The position numbers were made by a program, and so were the translations under genes. This document shows, piece after piece, positions 47,084 to 55,735 of a stretch of 64,000 nt of DNA. How positions within the stretch are numbered: position 1 is the first letter of the stretch; each line of letters opens with the position of its first letter. The stretch covers positions 8,188-72,187 of the forward strand of contig CAYUEG010000002.1 in assembly GCA_964443245.1 (NCBI GenBank), given 5' to 3'. The notes beneath the pieces were generated by a model that was not told where the DNA came from, ran no database searches, and saw only the letters and a program-made list of their open reading frames with translations. This DNA is from an uncultured Burkholderiales bacterium. Its GTDB lineage: Bacteria; Pseudomonadota; Gammaproteobacteria; Burkholderiales; JAEUOS01.

Positions 47084-48979
47084 ATGGCAGCATCGATTCT
47101 CGGCATTGGCATCATGGGCCTGAATGCGGCCCAGACCGGCCTGACGACCACGTCCCACAACATCAGCAACGCCAACACACCCAGCTTCAGCCGCCAAAGC
47201 ACGGTGCAAAGCACGGCGGTACCGCTTTTTACCGGTGCCGGCTACATGGGGCAGGGGGCCCAGGTAGACACGATCCGGCGTTCGTACAGCAGTTTTCTCG
47301 AGGCGCAGGTTCGTGAGGCCACATCGCAATCGGCCCATGTGCAGGCGCTGCACCAGCAGGCTTCGAATATCGACAACCTGTTTGCCGACCCCTCAACCGG
47401 CCTGACGCCGGCGATGAACGACTTTTTCGCCAGTATCAACACGCTTTCTGCCAATCCTGGCGACAGTGCGGCCAGGCAGCAAGTGTTGAGCGCATCCGAA
47501 ACCATGGCGGGCCGCTTCCGCGGGCTCGCCGATACGCTGCAGGACACGCGCCGTGACATCAATCAGCGCATTCAGACGTCGATTGAATCGATCAATGGTT
47601 CGGCGGCGCACGTTGCGGCGCTGAACGACAAGATCCGCACGGCACTGGGTTCCGGGCAAACGCCGAATGATCTGCTCGATCAACGGGATGCCATCCTGCG
47701 GGACCTCTCCTCCAAGGTACGCATCAACGTCGTCGCGCTTGCCGACGGCACTGTCAACGCGTTCATGCCCAATGGCCTCGGCATCGTGCTGGGCACGCAA
47801 ACGGTTGCGCTGTCGGCACAGGGCGACCCGGCCGATCCCGCGAACACCGCGATCGGTCTGCAGACGACGGCGGGTTTCAAACCGCTGCGCGAAGCCGATC
47901 TCTCGGGAGGTGATTTAGGCGGCCTGCTTGCATTTCGCAGCACGGTCCTTGACAGCACCGAGAATGCATTGGGGCGGGTTGCTGCCACGCTGGCCAGCGC
48001 ATTCAATGCGCAGCACATGGTGGGGATGGATCGGAACGGGAATGCCGGTACGCAGTTCTTCGTGGCCGGGGGCGGACCGATCGTCAACACGAACGCCAAC
48101 AATACCGGCAATGCCGTGCTTGGTGCCAGCGTGTCCAGCATCAATGCGGCGACCACCAATGATTACCGGGTCACCTATACCGGCACCGGTTATGACGTGC
48201 GCAACCTGTCCGACAATTCGGTGCAGTCGTTTGCCACCCTGCCGCAAACCATTGGGGGCATTGCCATTTCGGTCACCAGCGGCACGCCGGCCGCCGGCGA
48301 CAGTTTTCTGATTCAGCCGATGCGCGATGCGGCGCGCAACTTCACGGTGGCGATTCGCGATGCCAGTGCGATCGCTGCCGGCTATCCCATGCGGGGACAG
48401 GCGGCCGCGGCGAACACCAGCCAGTCGTCATTGCAACTGACCGGGGTCACACCGCCAGCCAACGCCAATCTGACACAGCCGGTGACGCTGACCTTTACCT
48501 CCGCCGGCACGTTTGACGTATCTGGGGTCGGAACCGGCAACCCCTCCGGCGTCGCTTTTTCGGCCGGGCAGGCTGTTTCCTACAATGGATGGACCGCCAC
48601 CTTCAAGGGGAACCCCAAGGCGGGCGATGTCTTCACCATTGTTCCCAACGTGGCCGGGGTTGGCGATAACGGCAACCTCGAACAACTCGGCGCGGTGTAC
48701 AGCGCGCGGCTGCTGGACGGTGCAAGCGCGAGTATCCACGATGCCTACGCCCAGATGGTCAGCCGGGTGGGCGTGGTCACCAACGGCGCCGCAGTCGATA
48801 CCAAGGCCTATTCGGCGGTGGTGGCGCAGGCGCAGGCGGCTCAGCAATCCGTGTCCGGTGTCAATCTGGACGAGGAGGCCGCCAATCTGCTGAAGTACCA
48901 GCAGGCCTACCAGGCTTCCGGAAAAGTGATTGCCACCGCCAATTCCCTGTTTGAAGAGATCTTGAGCATCATGCGGTAA
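47084..48979 (+). CDS. flgK: Hook-filament junction protein FlgK
   Basis: ILGIGIMGLNAAQTGLTTTSHNISNANTPSFSRQ at the N-terminus and VNLDEEAANLLKYQQAYQASGKVIATANSLFEEIL at the C-terminus. Confidence 0.9.
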   Translation: MAASILGIGIMGLNAAQTGLTTTSHNISNANTPSFSRQSTVQSTAVPLFTGAGYMGQGAQVDTIRRSYSSFLEAQVREATSQSAHVQALHQQASNIDNLFADPSTGLTPAMNDFFASINTLSANPGDSAARQQVLSASETMAGRFRGLADTLQDTRRDINQRIQTSIESINGSAAHVAALNDKIRTALGSGQTPNDLLDQRDAILRDLSSKVRINVVALADGTVNAFMPNGLGIVLGTQTVALSAQGDPADPANTAIGLQTTAGFKPLREADLSGGDLGGLLAFRSTVLDSTENALGRVAATLASAFNAQHMVGMDRNGNAGTQFFVAGGGPIVNTNANNTGNAVLGASVSSINAATTNDYRVTYTGTGYDVRNLSDNSVQSFATLPQTIGGIAISVTSGTPAAGDSFLIQPMRDAARNFTVAIRDASAIAAGYPMRGQAAAANTSQSSLQLTGVTPPANANLTQPVTLTFTSAGTFDVSGVGTGNPSGVAFSAGQAVSYNGWTATFKGNPKAGDVFTIVPNVAGVGDNGNLEQLGAVYSARLLDGASASIHDAYAQMVSRVGVVTNGAAVDTKAYSAVVAQAQAAQQSVSGVNLDEEAANLLKYQQAYQASGKVIATANSLFEEILSIMR

Positions 48980-48991
48980 AGGATGATTTCC

Positions 48992-50194
48992 ATGAGAATG
49001 AGCACACAGACGTTGTACGAGGCAGGAACAGCCTCGCTCGGATCACAGCAGACAGACCTGTTCAGGATCCAGCAGCAGATGGCCACCGGACGCCGCGTGC
49101 TGACGCCGGCAGATGATCCGGTATCGTCCAGCGCGATCCTGAATGCGCGGCAGGCACTGCATTTCAACGCACAGCATGCGGAAAACCAGACGGCGGCCAG
49201 CAATGCCCTGGGTCTGGTGGAGAATACGCTGGGAGCCGCCGGTGATGCGATTCAGGATGCACGGCAGCTGATCCTCTCGGCCAACAATGGTGCGCTCACG
49301 GATGCCGATCGACGCACGGTTGCCACGCAGCTGGAGAATCTGCTCAGCCAGCTCACCGGTATTGCCAACACGCGCGATGGCGGCGGCCGTTACATGTTCG
49401 GCGGTTTCAAGGACGAATTGCCGCCCTTTGCGCTCAATGCAACGGGCGGTGTGTATACCGGGGACGAGGGTGAGCGCCGCGTCGAAGTGGCGCCGCAACG
49501 CAGCATGGAAGTGACGACCAGCGGTGCGGCGACCTTCATGCGCATTCCGAACGGCAATGGCGTGTTCTCCGCGCGTGCCGGGGCCGCCAATGCGGGTTCC
49601 GGCGTGATCGATCCGGGGCAGGTGGTGAATCCGGCGGCCTTGACCGGGAACCAGTACCGGATTCAGTTTACCGGCGCTGCCACTTACGATCTGCTCGACG
49701 TCACCGCCGGCACCACGGTGTCCAGCGCCAACGCGTTCACGCCGGGAACCGCGATTACCGTGGCCGGGATGCAGACCACCATCGCCGGACAACCGTCGGC
49801 GGGAGACAGCTTTGACCTTGCCCCCAGCGCACAGCAGGATGTCTTCACCACGCTGCGCTCGATCATCACCGCACTCAATACGCCGACCAGTGGCACGGCG
49901 GGCACCACGCGGGTGACCAATCAGATCAACGCGGCGGTCATGGATCTTGACCGTGCCGCAGACAACATCCTGACGACCCGCACGCAAGTGGGTTCGCGCA
50001 TGGCCGAACTGGATCGGCTGCAGGCCGTCAACAGCGCCTCCGGCATTGAACACCAGCGGCGCCTGTCCGAACTGGAGGATCTCGACTATGCCGCGGCGGC
50101 GTCGGATCTGACCCGCAAGCAGACCATGCTGCAGGCCAATCAGGAGACGTTTGCGCGCCTGGCCAAGCTGAGCTTGTTCAATTTCCTGGCGTGA
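48992..50194 (+). CDS. flgL: Hook-filament junction protein FlgL
   Basis: MRMSTQTLYEAGTASLGSQQTDLFRIQQQMATGRRVLTPADDPV is flagellin-like. ATG 48992 has the best SD spacing; ATG 48983 and ATG 48998 are alternatives. Confidence 0.9.
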   Translation: MRMSTQTLYEAGTASLGSQQTDLFRIQQQMATGRRVLTPADDPVSSSAILNARQALHFNAQHAENQTAASNALGLVENTLGAAGDAIQDARQLILSANNGALTDADRRTVATQLENLLSQLTGIANTRDGGGRYMFGGFKDELPPFALNATGGVYTGDEGERRVEVAPQRSMEVTTSGAATFMRIPNGNGVFSARAGAANAGSGVIDPGQVVNPAALTGNQYRIQFTGAATYDLLDVTAGTTVSSANAFTPGTAITVAGMQTTIAGQPSAGDSFDLAPSAQQDVFTTLRSIITALNTPTSGTAGTTRVTNQINAAVMDLDRAADNILTTRTQVGSRMAELDRLQAVNSASGIEHQRRLSELEDLDYAAAASDLTRKQTMLQANQETFARLAKLSLFNFLA

Positions 50195-52374
50195 CAGGCC
50201 GTTGCCGGTACCCTGAGGTTCGGCCCGTCTGTGGTGGCGGATCCTTCTGGCGGGAGGCTCGCAGGGGCGCCGTCGGGTCGAACAGTGTCTGAACCAGACT
50301 GTCGCAGCAGGGCGCGGAAGAGGGCATCCGGAACCGGCTTGCTGAACAGGTAACCCTGCATGGTCTGACAACCGTGCGTGCGCAGCAGGGCAAGCTGTGC
50401 ATCGGTCTCGACGCCTTCGGCAACCACCTCAAGCTTGAGGGTTCGGGCCATCGCAATGATCGCAGCCGTGATGATCTCGTTATCGTGATTGTCGTTGATG
50501 TCCGACACGAATGACCGGTCGATCTTCAGCTGATGAATGTCAAACTTCTTGAGATAGGCAAACGAGGAGTAGCCGGTACCGAAGTCGTCGATCGCCAGCC
50601 GTACCCCAAGACGTTTCAGGCGCTGCAGGCTGACGATGGTGGTGGCCAGATCCTTCATCAGCATCGATTCGGTGATCTCGAGCTCGAGAAGGTGAGCGGG
50701 CAGATTGGTGGCGTGCAGCACGTCCTCGATCATCTCGACGAATCCGGGCTTCTGGAAGTGTGATCCCGGAATGTTCACGGCGACCCGAATCGGCGGCAAG
50801 CCGTCTGCGATCCAGGAGGCGGCATCACTGGCAGCCTGCCGCAATGCCCACTCCCCGAAAGGCACGATCAAGCCGCTTTCCTCGGCAATCGGGATGAATA
50901 CCGACGGTGGCACCGGTTTGCCTTCGTGCTTCCAGCGCATCAATGCTTCGGCGCCGACAATCTTGCCGCTCATCCCATCGATCTGGATCTGGTAATGCAG
51001 TTCAAGTTCATTGCGCTCGAGTGCCTTGTTGAGCGCCTGCTCCAGCTCCCAGCGCTGGCGGTCCGTGGTCTGCATCTCGGGCGTATAGGCGCACAAGTCA
51101 TTGCGGCCCTGTGCCTTGGCCGAATACATCGCAGCGTCGGCGTTGCGCAGCAGTTCGTCCGGATCGACGCCGTCCTGTGGATATTGGGCAATGCCGATGC
51201 TGGCACTGACGAATGTCTCCTGGCCGTTGATGAGGAACGGGGCACGCAGCGATTCGAGCATGCGCTCGGCAACCTGCATGGATTGCTTCTCGTCCGTGAT
51301 GTTGGTCAGCAGGACGACAAATTCGTCACCGCCCAGGCGGGCGACGATGTCACGGTTGCCATCCCGCCAGCGTACGCACTGGCTCAGGCGCTCCGCCACC
51401 TCGCGCAGGAGCATGTCGCCGGCTCCATGACCCTGGGTGTCGTTGACGTGCTTGAATCGGTCAAGATCGACAAACAGTGCCGCCAGTTTGCCGACCGACT
51501 GTTCGGCTTCCGCCACGGCGTCCTCAAACGCCACCTGAAACAGCCGGCGATTCGGCAACCCTGTCAGCGAATCGTAATTGGCCAGGGAGAGGATCTGTTC
51601 CTCGATGCGCTTGCGCTGTGAAATGTCCTGGATGGTGCCTGCGATGACGTCAATGGCGCCCGATTCCGAGCGTTGTGCCTGCGCCTCTAGCTGAACGAAC
51701 GACAAGTCGTCGGCATTGCGCCCCAGACTCAGTTCGATCGCCAGTTCACCGCCATCATGAGCCAAGCGCGCCAGCGATCGCTCCAGCGCCTGCTTGTCCT
51801 CGCTTACTACGTGTTCGAAGAATGTTCCCTTGTCGACGACCCCGGAGGTCGTGCCGGCGCGCGCGATGCCCATGCTGATTTCGCAGGCGGTGACCTTGCC
51901 GGTGCGCAGATCGATCTCCCAGTTGCCCAGGCGGGCAATCTTCTGGGCACGCGCCAGTTTGGCGCGGCTCTCTTCGAGTTCCTGACGCATCCGGCTGGCA
52001 CGCAGTAGATAGCGGGTACGTTGCGCCAGAAGCGTCCACTGATTCGATTTGACGAAGAAATCGGTTGCGCCCGCTTCGTAGGCGAAGGCGATCGATTTTT
52101 CGTCGTCCAGGCCGGTCAGCATCAAAATCGGAATATGCGCGCCGTTGGGTTGCAGGCGAATCGCCCTGCAGACGTCAAATCCATCCATGCCTGGCATGAG
52201 TGCGTCCAGCAGCACGCAATCGAAGGCCTGCTGTGAAAACTTGTCAAGTGCTTCCTGGCCGCTCCCGGCTTCGACGATACGCATGCCCTTCTGGGCGAGT
52301 ACCGAGGCGGTCAACAGCCGGGAAACCGGATCGTCATCCACGAGCAATACGACGTCATGATCAGTCGGATGCAT
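50140..52374 (-). CDS. REC-PAS-GGDEF-EAL c-di-GMP turnover protein
   Basis: REC (LLVDDDPVSRL, VLLDALMPGMDG), a PAS-like segment, GGDEF (ARLGGDEFVVLL) and EAL (EALMRW, DDFGTGYSS, KIDRSF). The 3' end overlaps the convergent flgL by 55 nt. Confidence 0.9.
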   Translation of the reverse strand: MHPTDHDVVLLVDDDPVSRLLTASVLAQKGMRIVEAGSGQEALDKFSQQAFDCVLLDALMPGMDGFDVCRAIRLQPNGAHIPILMLTGLDDEKSIAFAYEAGATDFFVKSNQWTLLAQRTRYLLRASRMRQELEESRAKLARAQKIARLGNWEIDLRTGKVTACEISMGIARAGTTSGVVDKGTFFEHVVSEDKQALERSLARLAHDGGELAIELSLGRNADDLSFVQLEAQAQRSESGAIDVIAGTIQDISQRKRIEEQILSLANYDSLTGLPNRRLFQVAFEDAVAEAEQSVGKLAALFVDLDRFKHVNDTQGHGAGDMLLREVAERLSQCVRWRDGNRDIVARLGGDEFVVLLTNITDEKQSMQVAERMLESLRAPFLINGQETFVSASIGIAQYPQDGVDPDELLRNADAAMYSAKAQGRNDLCAYTPEMQTTDRQRWELEQALNKALERNELELHYQIQIDGMSGKIVGAEALMRWKHEGKPVPPSVFIPIAEESGLIVPFGEWALRQAASDAASWIADGLPPIRVAVNIPGSHFQKPGFVEMIEDVLHATNLPAHLLELEITESMLMKDLATTIVSLQRLKRLGVRLAIDDFGTGYSSFAYLKKFDIHQLKIDRSFVSDINDNHDNEIITAAIIAMARTLKLEVVAEGVETDAQLALLRTHGCQTMQGYLFSKPVPDALFRALLRQSGSDTVRPDGAPASLPPEGSATTDGPNLRVPATACHARKLNKLSLARRANVS

Positions 52375-53308
52375 CGGTTTGCTCCTCTGCCTGCAAGACC
52401 TGCAGGCGCAAGATGTCGTCCATGGCCAACTGGACGGCAGATTCCACTTCGCACATCAGGTGTTGTGCACGGGAAAGTTGATCAATGCTTGCCGCCTGTT
52501 CGATCATTCGAAACAGCTCGGCCGCTTTCAGCGCACCAAAGTGCGTGTGCCCGGACTTGAGCGCATGGGCGGTGGCGCGCACCTCGGAGGCGTCCTGGTG
52601 GTGCAAGGCATCGCGCAGCTTCTGCAGATTGTGCGGCACGCTAACGACGTAGGCCTCGCACAAGCGTCCGAGCAGGCCCGGGGCCCCAGCACGCTGCAGG
52701 CAGAGCAGGCCCTCAACAACCTCCCTGGAAAGGGATCGTGACGAAAGCAGCGTGACCGGCACCGCGGGTTTGGCGTATTGGCCGGCCCCTGGCGATGTCG
52801 ATCCCCGGGATCCTGCCGACAACGACCGATCAATCAGCCATCGGTCCAGCATCTGGTGCAATTGTGCATCGGTAAACGGCTTGCTGAGGTAGTCCGAGAA
52901 GCCGGCGGCGAGGCATCGGTCACGATCGCCAGGAAGCGCATTCGCCGTCAGGGCAATGACGGGAATGTCGTCGGGCACCCGCAGGGGCGATTCCGAAGCG
53001 GCAGACTGGCGAATGGCGGTCGCTGCCAGAAAGCCGTTCATCACTGGCATCTGGCAATCCATCAAGACGATATCGAACGCTTCAGATGCAAGCCGTTCCA
53101 GCGCGGCCCTGCCATTTTCTGCACAGGCGATGTCGAAATCGCACCCTTCGAGCATGGTCAGGGCGATCTCCAGATTGATGGGGTCATCGTCGACCAGAAG
53201 CACGCGTACCGGACGTGGCCGGCCCAGCCGGGGCACGATGCACGGCTCGGTGTGCCGCGTCGTGACGGCGACGGGCACACAGGCAGGGGGTGACGAGGAC
53301 AGGCGCAC
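52361..53308 (-). CDS. Receiver-HPt phosphorelay protein
   Basis: REC (LLVDDDPINLEI, VLMDCQMPVMNG, ALTANA, YLSKPF), then HPt with ATAHALKSGHTHFGALKAAEL. GTG start, uncertain. The stop overlaps the next gene by 14 nt. Confidence 0.8.
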   Translation of the reverse strand: MRLSSSPPACVPVAVTTRHTEPCIVPRLGRPRPVRVLLVDDDPINLEIALTMLEGCDFDIACAENGRAALERLASEAFDIVLMDCQMPVMNGFLAATAIRQSAASESPLRVPDDIPVIALTANALPGDRDRCLAAGFSDYLSKPFTDAQLHQMLDRWLIDRSLSAGSRGSTSPGAGQYAKPAVPVTLLSSRSLSREVVEGLLCLQRAGAPGLLGRLCEAYVVSVPHNLQKLRDALHHQDASEVRATAHALKSGHTHFGALKAAELFRMIEQAASIDQLSRAQHLMCEVESAVQLAMDDILRLQVLQAEEQTDASD

Positions 53309-53323
53309 GATCGTCCCGGAAGG

Positions 53324-53779
53324 TCAATGCAGCATGGTTCTCGCGCCTTCGCGGTAATCGGGCGCAAGGGTGGCCGGGCCGACGCGCAAGCTCTTCAATT
53401 CGGCCTGCGCGTGGCGCAGGGAGAGCAGATTGACCACCCGGGCGACCAGTTCCGGCAGGTCGACTGGCTGCTCCAGGAAATCCGTCGCGCCAATGCGCAG
53501 GGCATCGCCCCGGAGGAAACGGGCGGATGGGTCATGCATCAGCACCACCGGATTGTCATCTCGGCCGGGGATCTGACGGAATCGGCGGATGAATTCCAGT
53601 CCGTCGGTCGCCCGCATCAGATGGGAGACCAGCACCAGGTCCGGTTCGTGTTCGAAGCTCCAGTCCAGGGCGGCGGCAGGATGCTCGAATCCGAGCACCG
53701 TTGCCAGCCGGCATTGACCGATGGCCTGTTGAATCCATGACACCTCTTCGGGTCGATCGCTTACAACAATGATATTCAT
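53324..53779 (-). CDS. Stand-alone pseudo-receiver (REC fold, phospho-acceptor Asp replaced)
   Basis: MNIIVVSDRPEE...PDLVLVSHLMRATDGLEFIRRFRQ...PVVLMHD...GATDFLEQPVD is collinear with REC. Asp becomes Ser at the acceptor position, Lys becomes Gln, and the first acidic residue becomes Ser. Confidence 0.65.
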   Translation of the reverse strand: MNIIVVSDRPEEVSWIQQAIGQCRLATVLGFEHPAAALDWSFEHEPDLVLVSHLMRATDGLEFIRRFRQIPGRDDNPVVLMHDPSARFLRGDALRIGATDFLEQPVDLPELVARVVNLLSLRHAQAELKSLRVGPATLAPDYREGARTMLH

Positions 53780-53967
53780 GGTGACAAGGTTCCCCAGATT
53801 TGAAATGAATACCCCCTTTACGGCAGGGGTCGGGAAATCTTGATGATCGGGCGGTCGGAAGCCCCAAACTGGCCTGCATAAGACAACCTGTTCACCGCTT
53901 TCCGCTGCCGCCCGCAGGCGTAGAGTGCGGTGTCCCCATCGGCAATCCGGCAAATGTCCCCACCACC

Positions 53968-55728
53968 ATGACAGCCGCTTTAGCTTCGCCTCAACCTGCC
54001 AACCCGACCGAAGCGGCCCGTGAGGTCATTCGCAAGCTGGCATTGGAGCGCATTCCGCCCACACCGGAAAACTACGCCCGCCTGTTCGCCGAGATTTCCG
54101 GAACGGAGGACCGGCACCCGGTGGTCGATTCGGTGCGCAAGTGGGCCGCCAGACTGGTGCGGGAGCCTGGCAGTGCAGCGCTCGGCCGGCAAGTGCTCAA
54201 GGCAGTCAAGCAGCAGAAATGGAGCGAACTGGATCAGGTCTTTGAGCAGTGTTCTAGCCAGCCGATTCGTGCACATGCCGAGTGGAGTGCCGTGGTCCAG
54301 GAAATGGTCCGCAAGTGGCCCGCCAGAAACGAACCGGCGGCTTGTGCACACAGCGCCGACCATGTGCTCAGCGCACTGCGCAGTGCCGAGGAAGATCCGG
54401 ACTGCGGCCTGACCCAGCTGCGCGCCCTGGTACGCACCTGGGCCGATGCCGGAACGTCTCGTCCGCCTGCCGCCGCGTCGGCCGGTGCAAGTGCCGTGGC
54501 CATACCGGTCGAAACCGATGCGAAAGCGCAGCAGTTCCGTGAACTTCTGGCACGCACGCTTGAAATCGCTGTGGTGGAGCGGCTTGGGTACACGCCGGAA
54601 CTGGCGGCCCATGCCCGCCGCCTGGCCGAACAGTGTCGCACCGTCCACAAGGCGAAAGAAGTGCTGCAGGTGGAGCAGGATCTGCGACAGTTCTGGGTGC
54701 GGCTGGAACTGCGCGGCGAAACGCTGGACCGGCTGATCAGCGGCTTGCTCAACCTGCTGCGCCTGATGATCGGCAACCTGGGCGAATTGGCCGGCGAAGA
54801 TGCCCTGATCCAGGCGCAACTGGTGCGGGCGCAGCAATTGATTGCCGATCCGATCGACATCAACGCGGTGCATGAAGCCGAACGCAGCTTCCGCGAGGTT
54901 GCGATCCGCCAGGGCACCATGCGCCATTCCCTGGACGAAGCCAAGAACGCACTCAAGAGCATGGTGGCGCTGTTTATCGACCGGTTGGGCGCACTGACCT
55001 TAGCCACCGGCGACTTTCACCAGAAGGTGGGCGGATATGTCGCCCAGATCGAGGAGTCGGACGATCTGGCGAAACTGTCTTCCATCGTCGGGGCATTGCT
55101 GGCGGATACACGGATGGTACATGCCGATATGGAGCGCACCCACGACGAGCTGCAGCGGACGCGTCAGGAAGCGCAGGCGCGGGAAGCGCGGGTGCGGCAG
55201 CTCGAATCCGAGCTTGCCTCCCTTGGCGATCTGATCAAGGTTGATCCGCTCACCTCCGTGCTCAACCGGCGCGGTCTCGATGAGGCCTTTGCCGCCGAAG
55301 AGGCGAGGGCGGCGCGCAGCGGGACATCGTTGAGCGTGGCTTTGCTCGATGTCGACAACTTCAAGCGCCTCAATGACCAGTATGGGCACAAGACGGGCGA
55401 CAACGCACTGACCCACCTGGCCGAAATCCTGCGCTCGACCATCAGGCCATCCGACAAGGTCGCGCGGTTTGGCGGCGAGGAATTTGTGCTCCTTTTGCCC
55501 GATACGCCGATGGAGGAAGCCGTTGCGGTGATGACGCGGGTGCAACGCGAACTGACACGGCGCTTTTTCCTGCATGAGAATGAAAAGATACTGATCACCT
55601 TCAGCGCCGGGGTTTCACAATGGCGCAAGGGTGAAACCAAGGAACAGGCATTCGAAAGGGCGGACGCGGCGATGTATGAGGCCAAGCGCACCGGCAAGAA
55701 TCGCGTGGTCTGCGCGCCGCTGTCCTGA
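53968..55728 (+). CDS. Diguanylate cyclase (long helical N-terminal region + GGDEF with I-site)
   Basis: C-terminal GGDEF domain: LDVDNFKRLNDQYGHKTGDNAL, RPSDKVARFGGEEFVLLLP. The RxxD I-site lies exactly 5 residues before GGEEF. The roughly 400-aa N-terminal part is helical/coiled-coil with no TM segment seen. Confidence 0.85.
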   Translation: MTAALASPQPANPTEAAREVIRKLALERIPPTPENYARLFAEISGTEDRHPVVDSVRKWAARLVREPGSAALGRQVLKAVKQQKWSELDQVFEQCSSQPIRAHAEWSAVVQEMVRKWPARNEPAACAHSADHVLSALRSAEEDPDCGLTQLRALVRTWADAGTSRPPAAASAGASAVAIPVETDAKAQQFRELLARTLEIAVVERLGYTPELAAHARRLAEQCRTVHKAKEVLQVEQDLRQFWVRLELRGETLDRLISGLLNLLRLMIGNLGELAGEDALIQAQLVRAQQLIADPIDINAVHEAERSFREVAIRQGTMRHSLDEAKNALKSMVALFIDRLGALTLATGDFHQKVGGYVAQIEESDDLAKLSSIVGALLADTRMVHADMERTHDELQRTRQEAQAREARVRQLESELASLGDLIKVDPLTSVLNRRGLDEAFAAEEARAARSGTSLSVALLDVDNFKRLNDQYGHKTGDNALTHLAEILRSTIRPSDKVARFGGEEFVLLLPDTPMEEAVAVMTRVQRELTRRFFLHENEKILITFSAGVSQWRKGETKEQAFERADAAMYEAKRTGKNRVVCAPLS

Positions 55729-55735
55729 GGCCAGC

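Noticed and set aside
50140-50194. A 55-nt convergent overlap between the flgL 3' end and the GGDEF-EAL gene 3' end.
   Set aside because: - The last ~18 codons of the GGDEF-EAL ORF are a non-conserved-looking tail beyond the EAL domain.
- This is most simply a late stop codon rather than a functional antisense arrangement.
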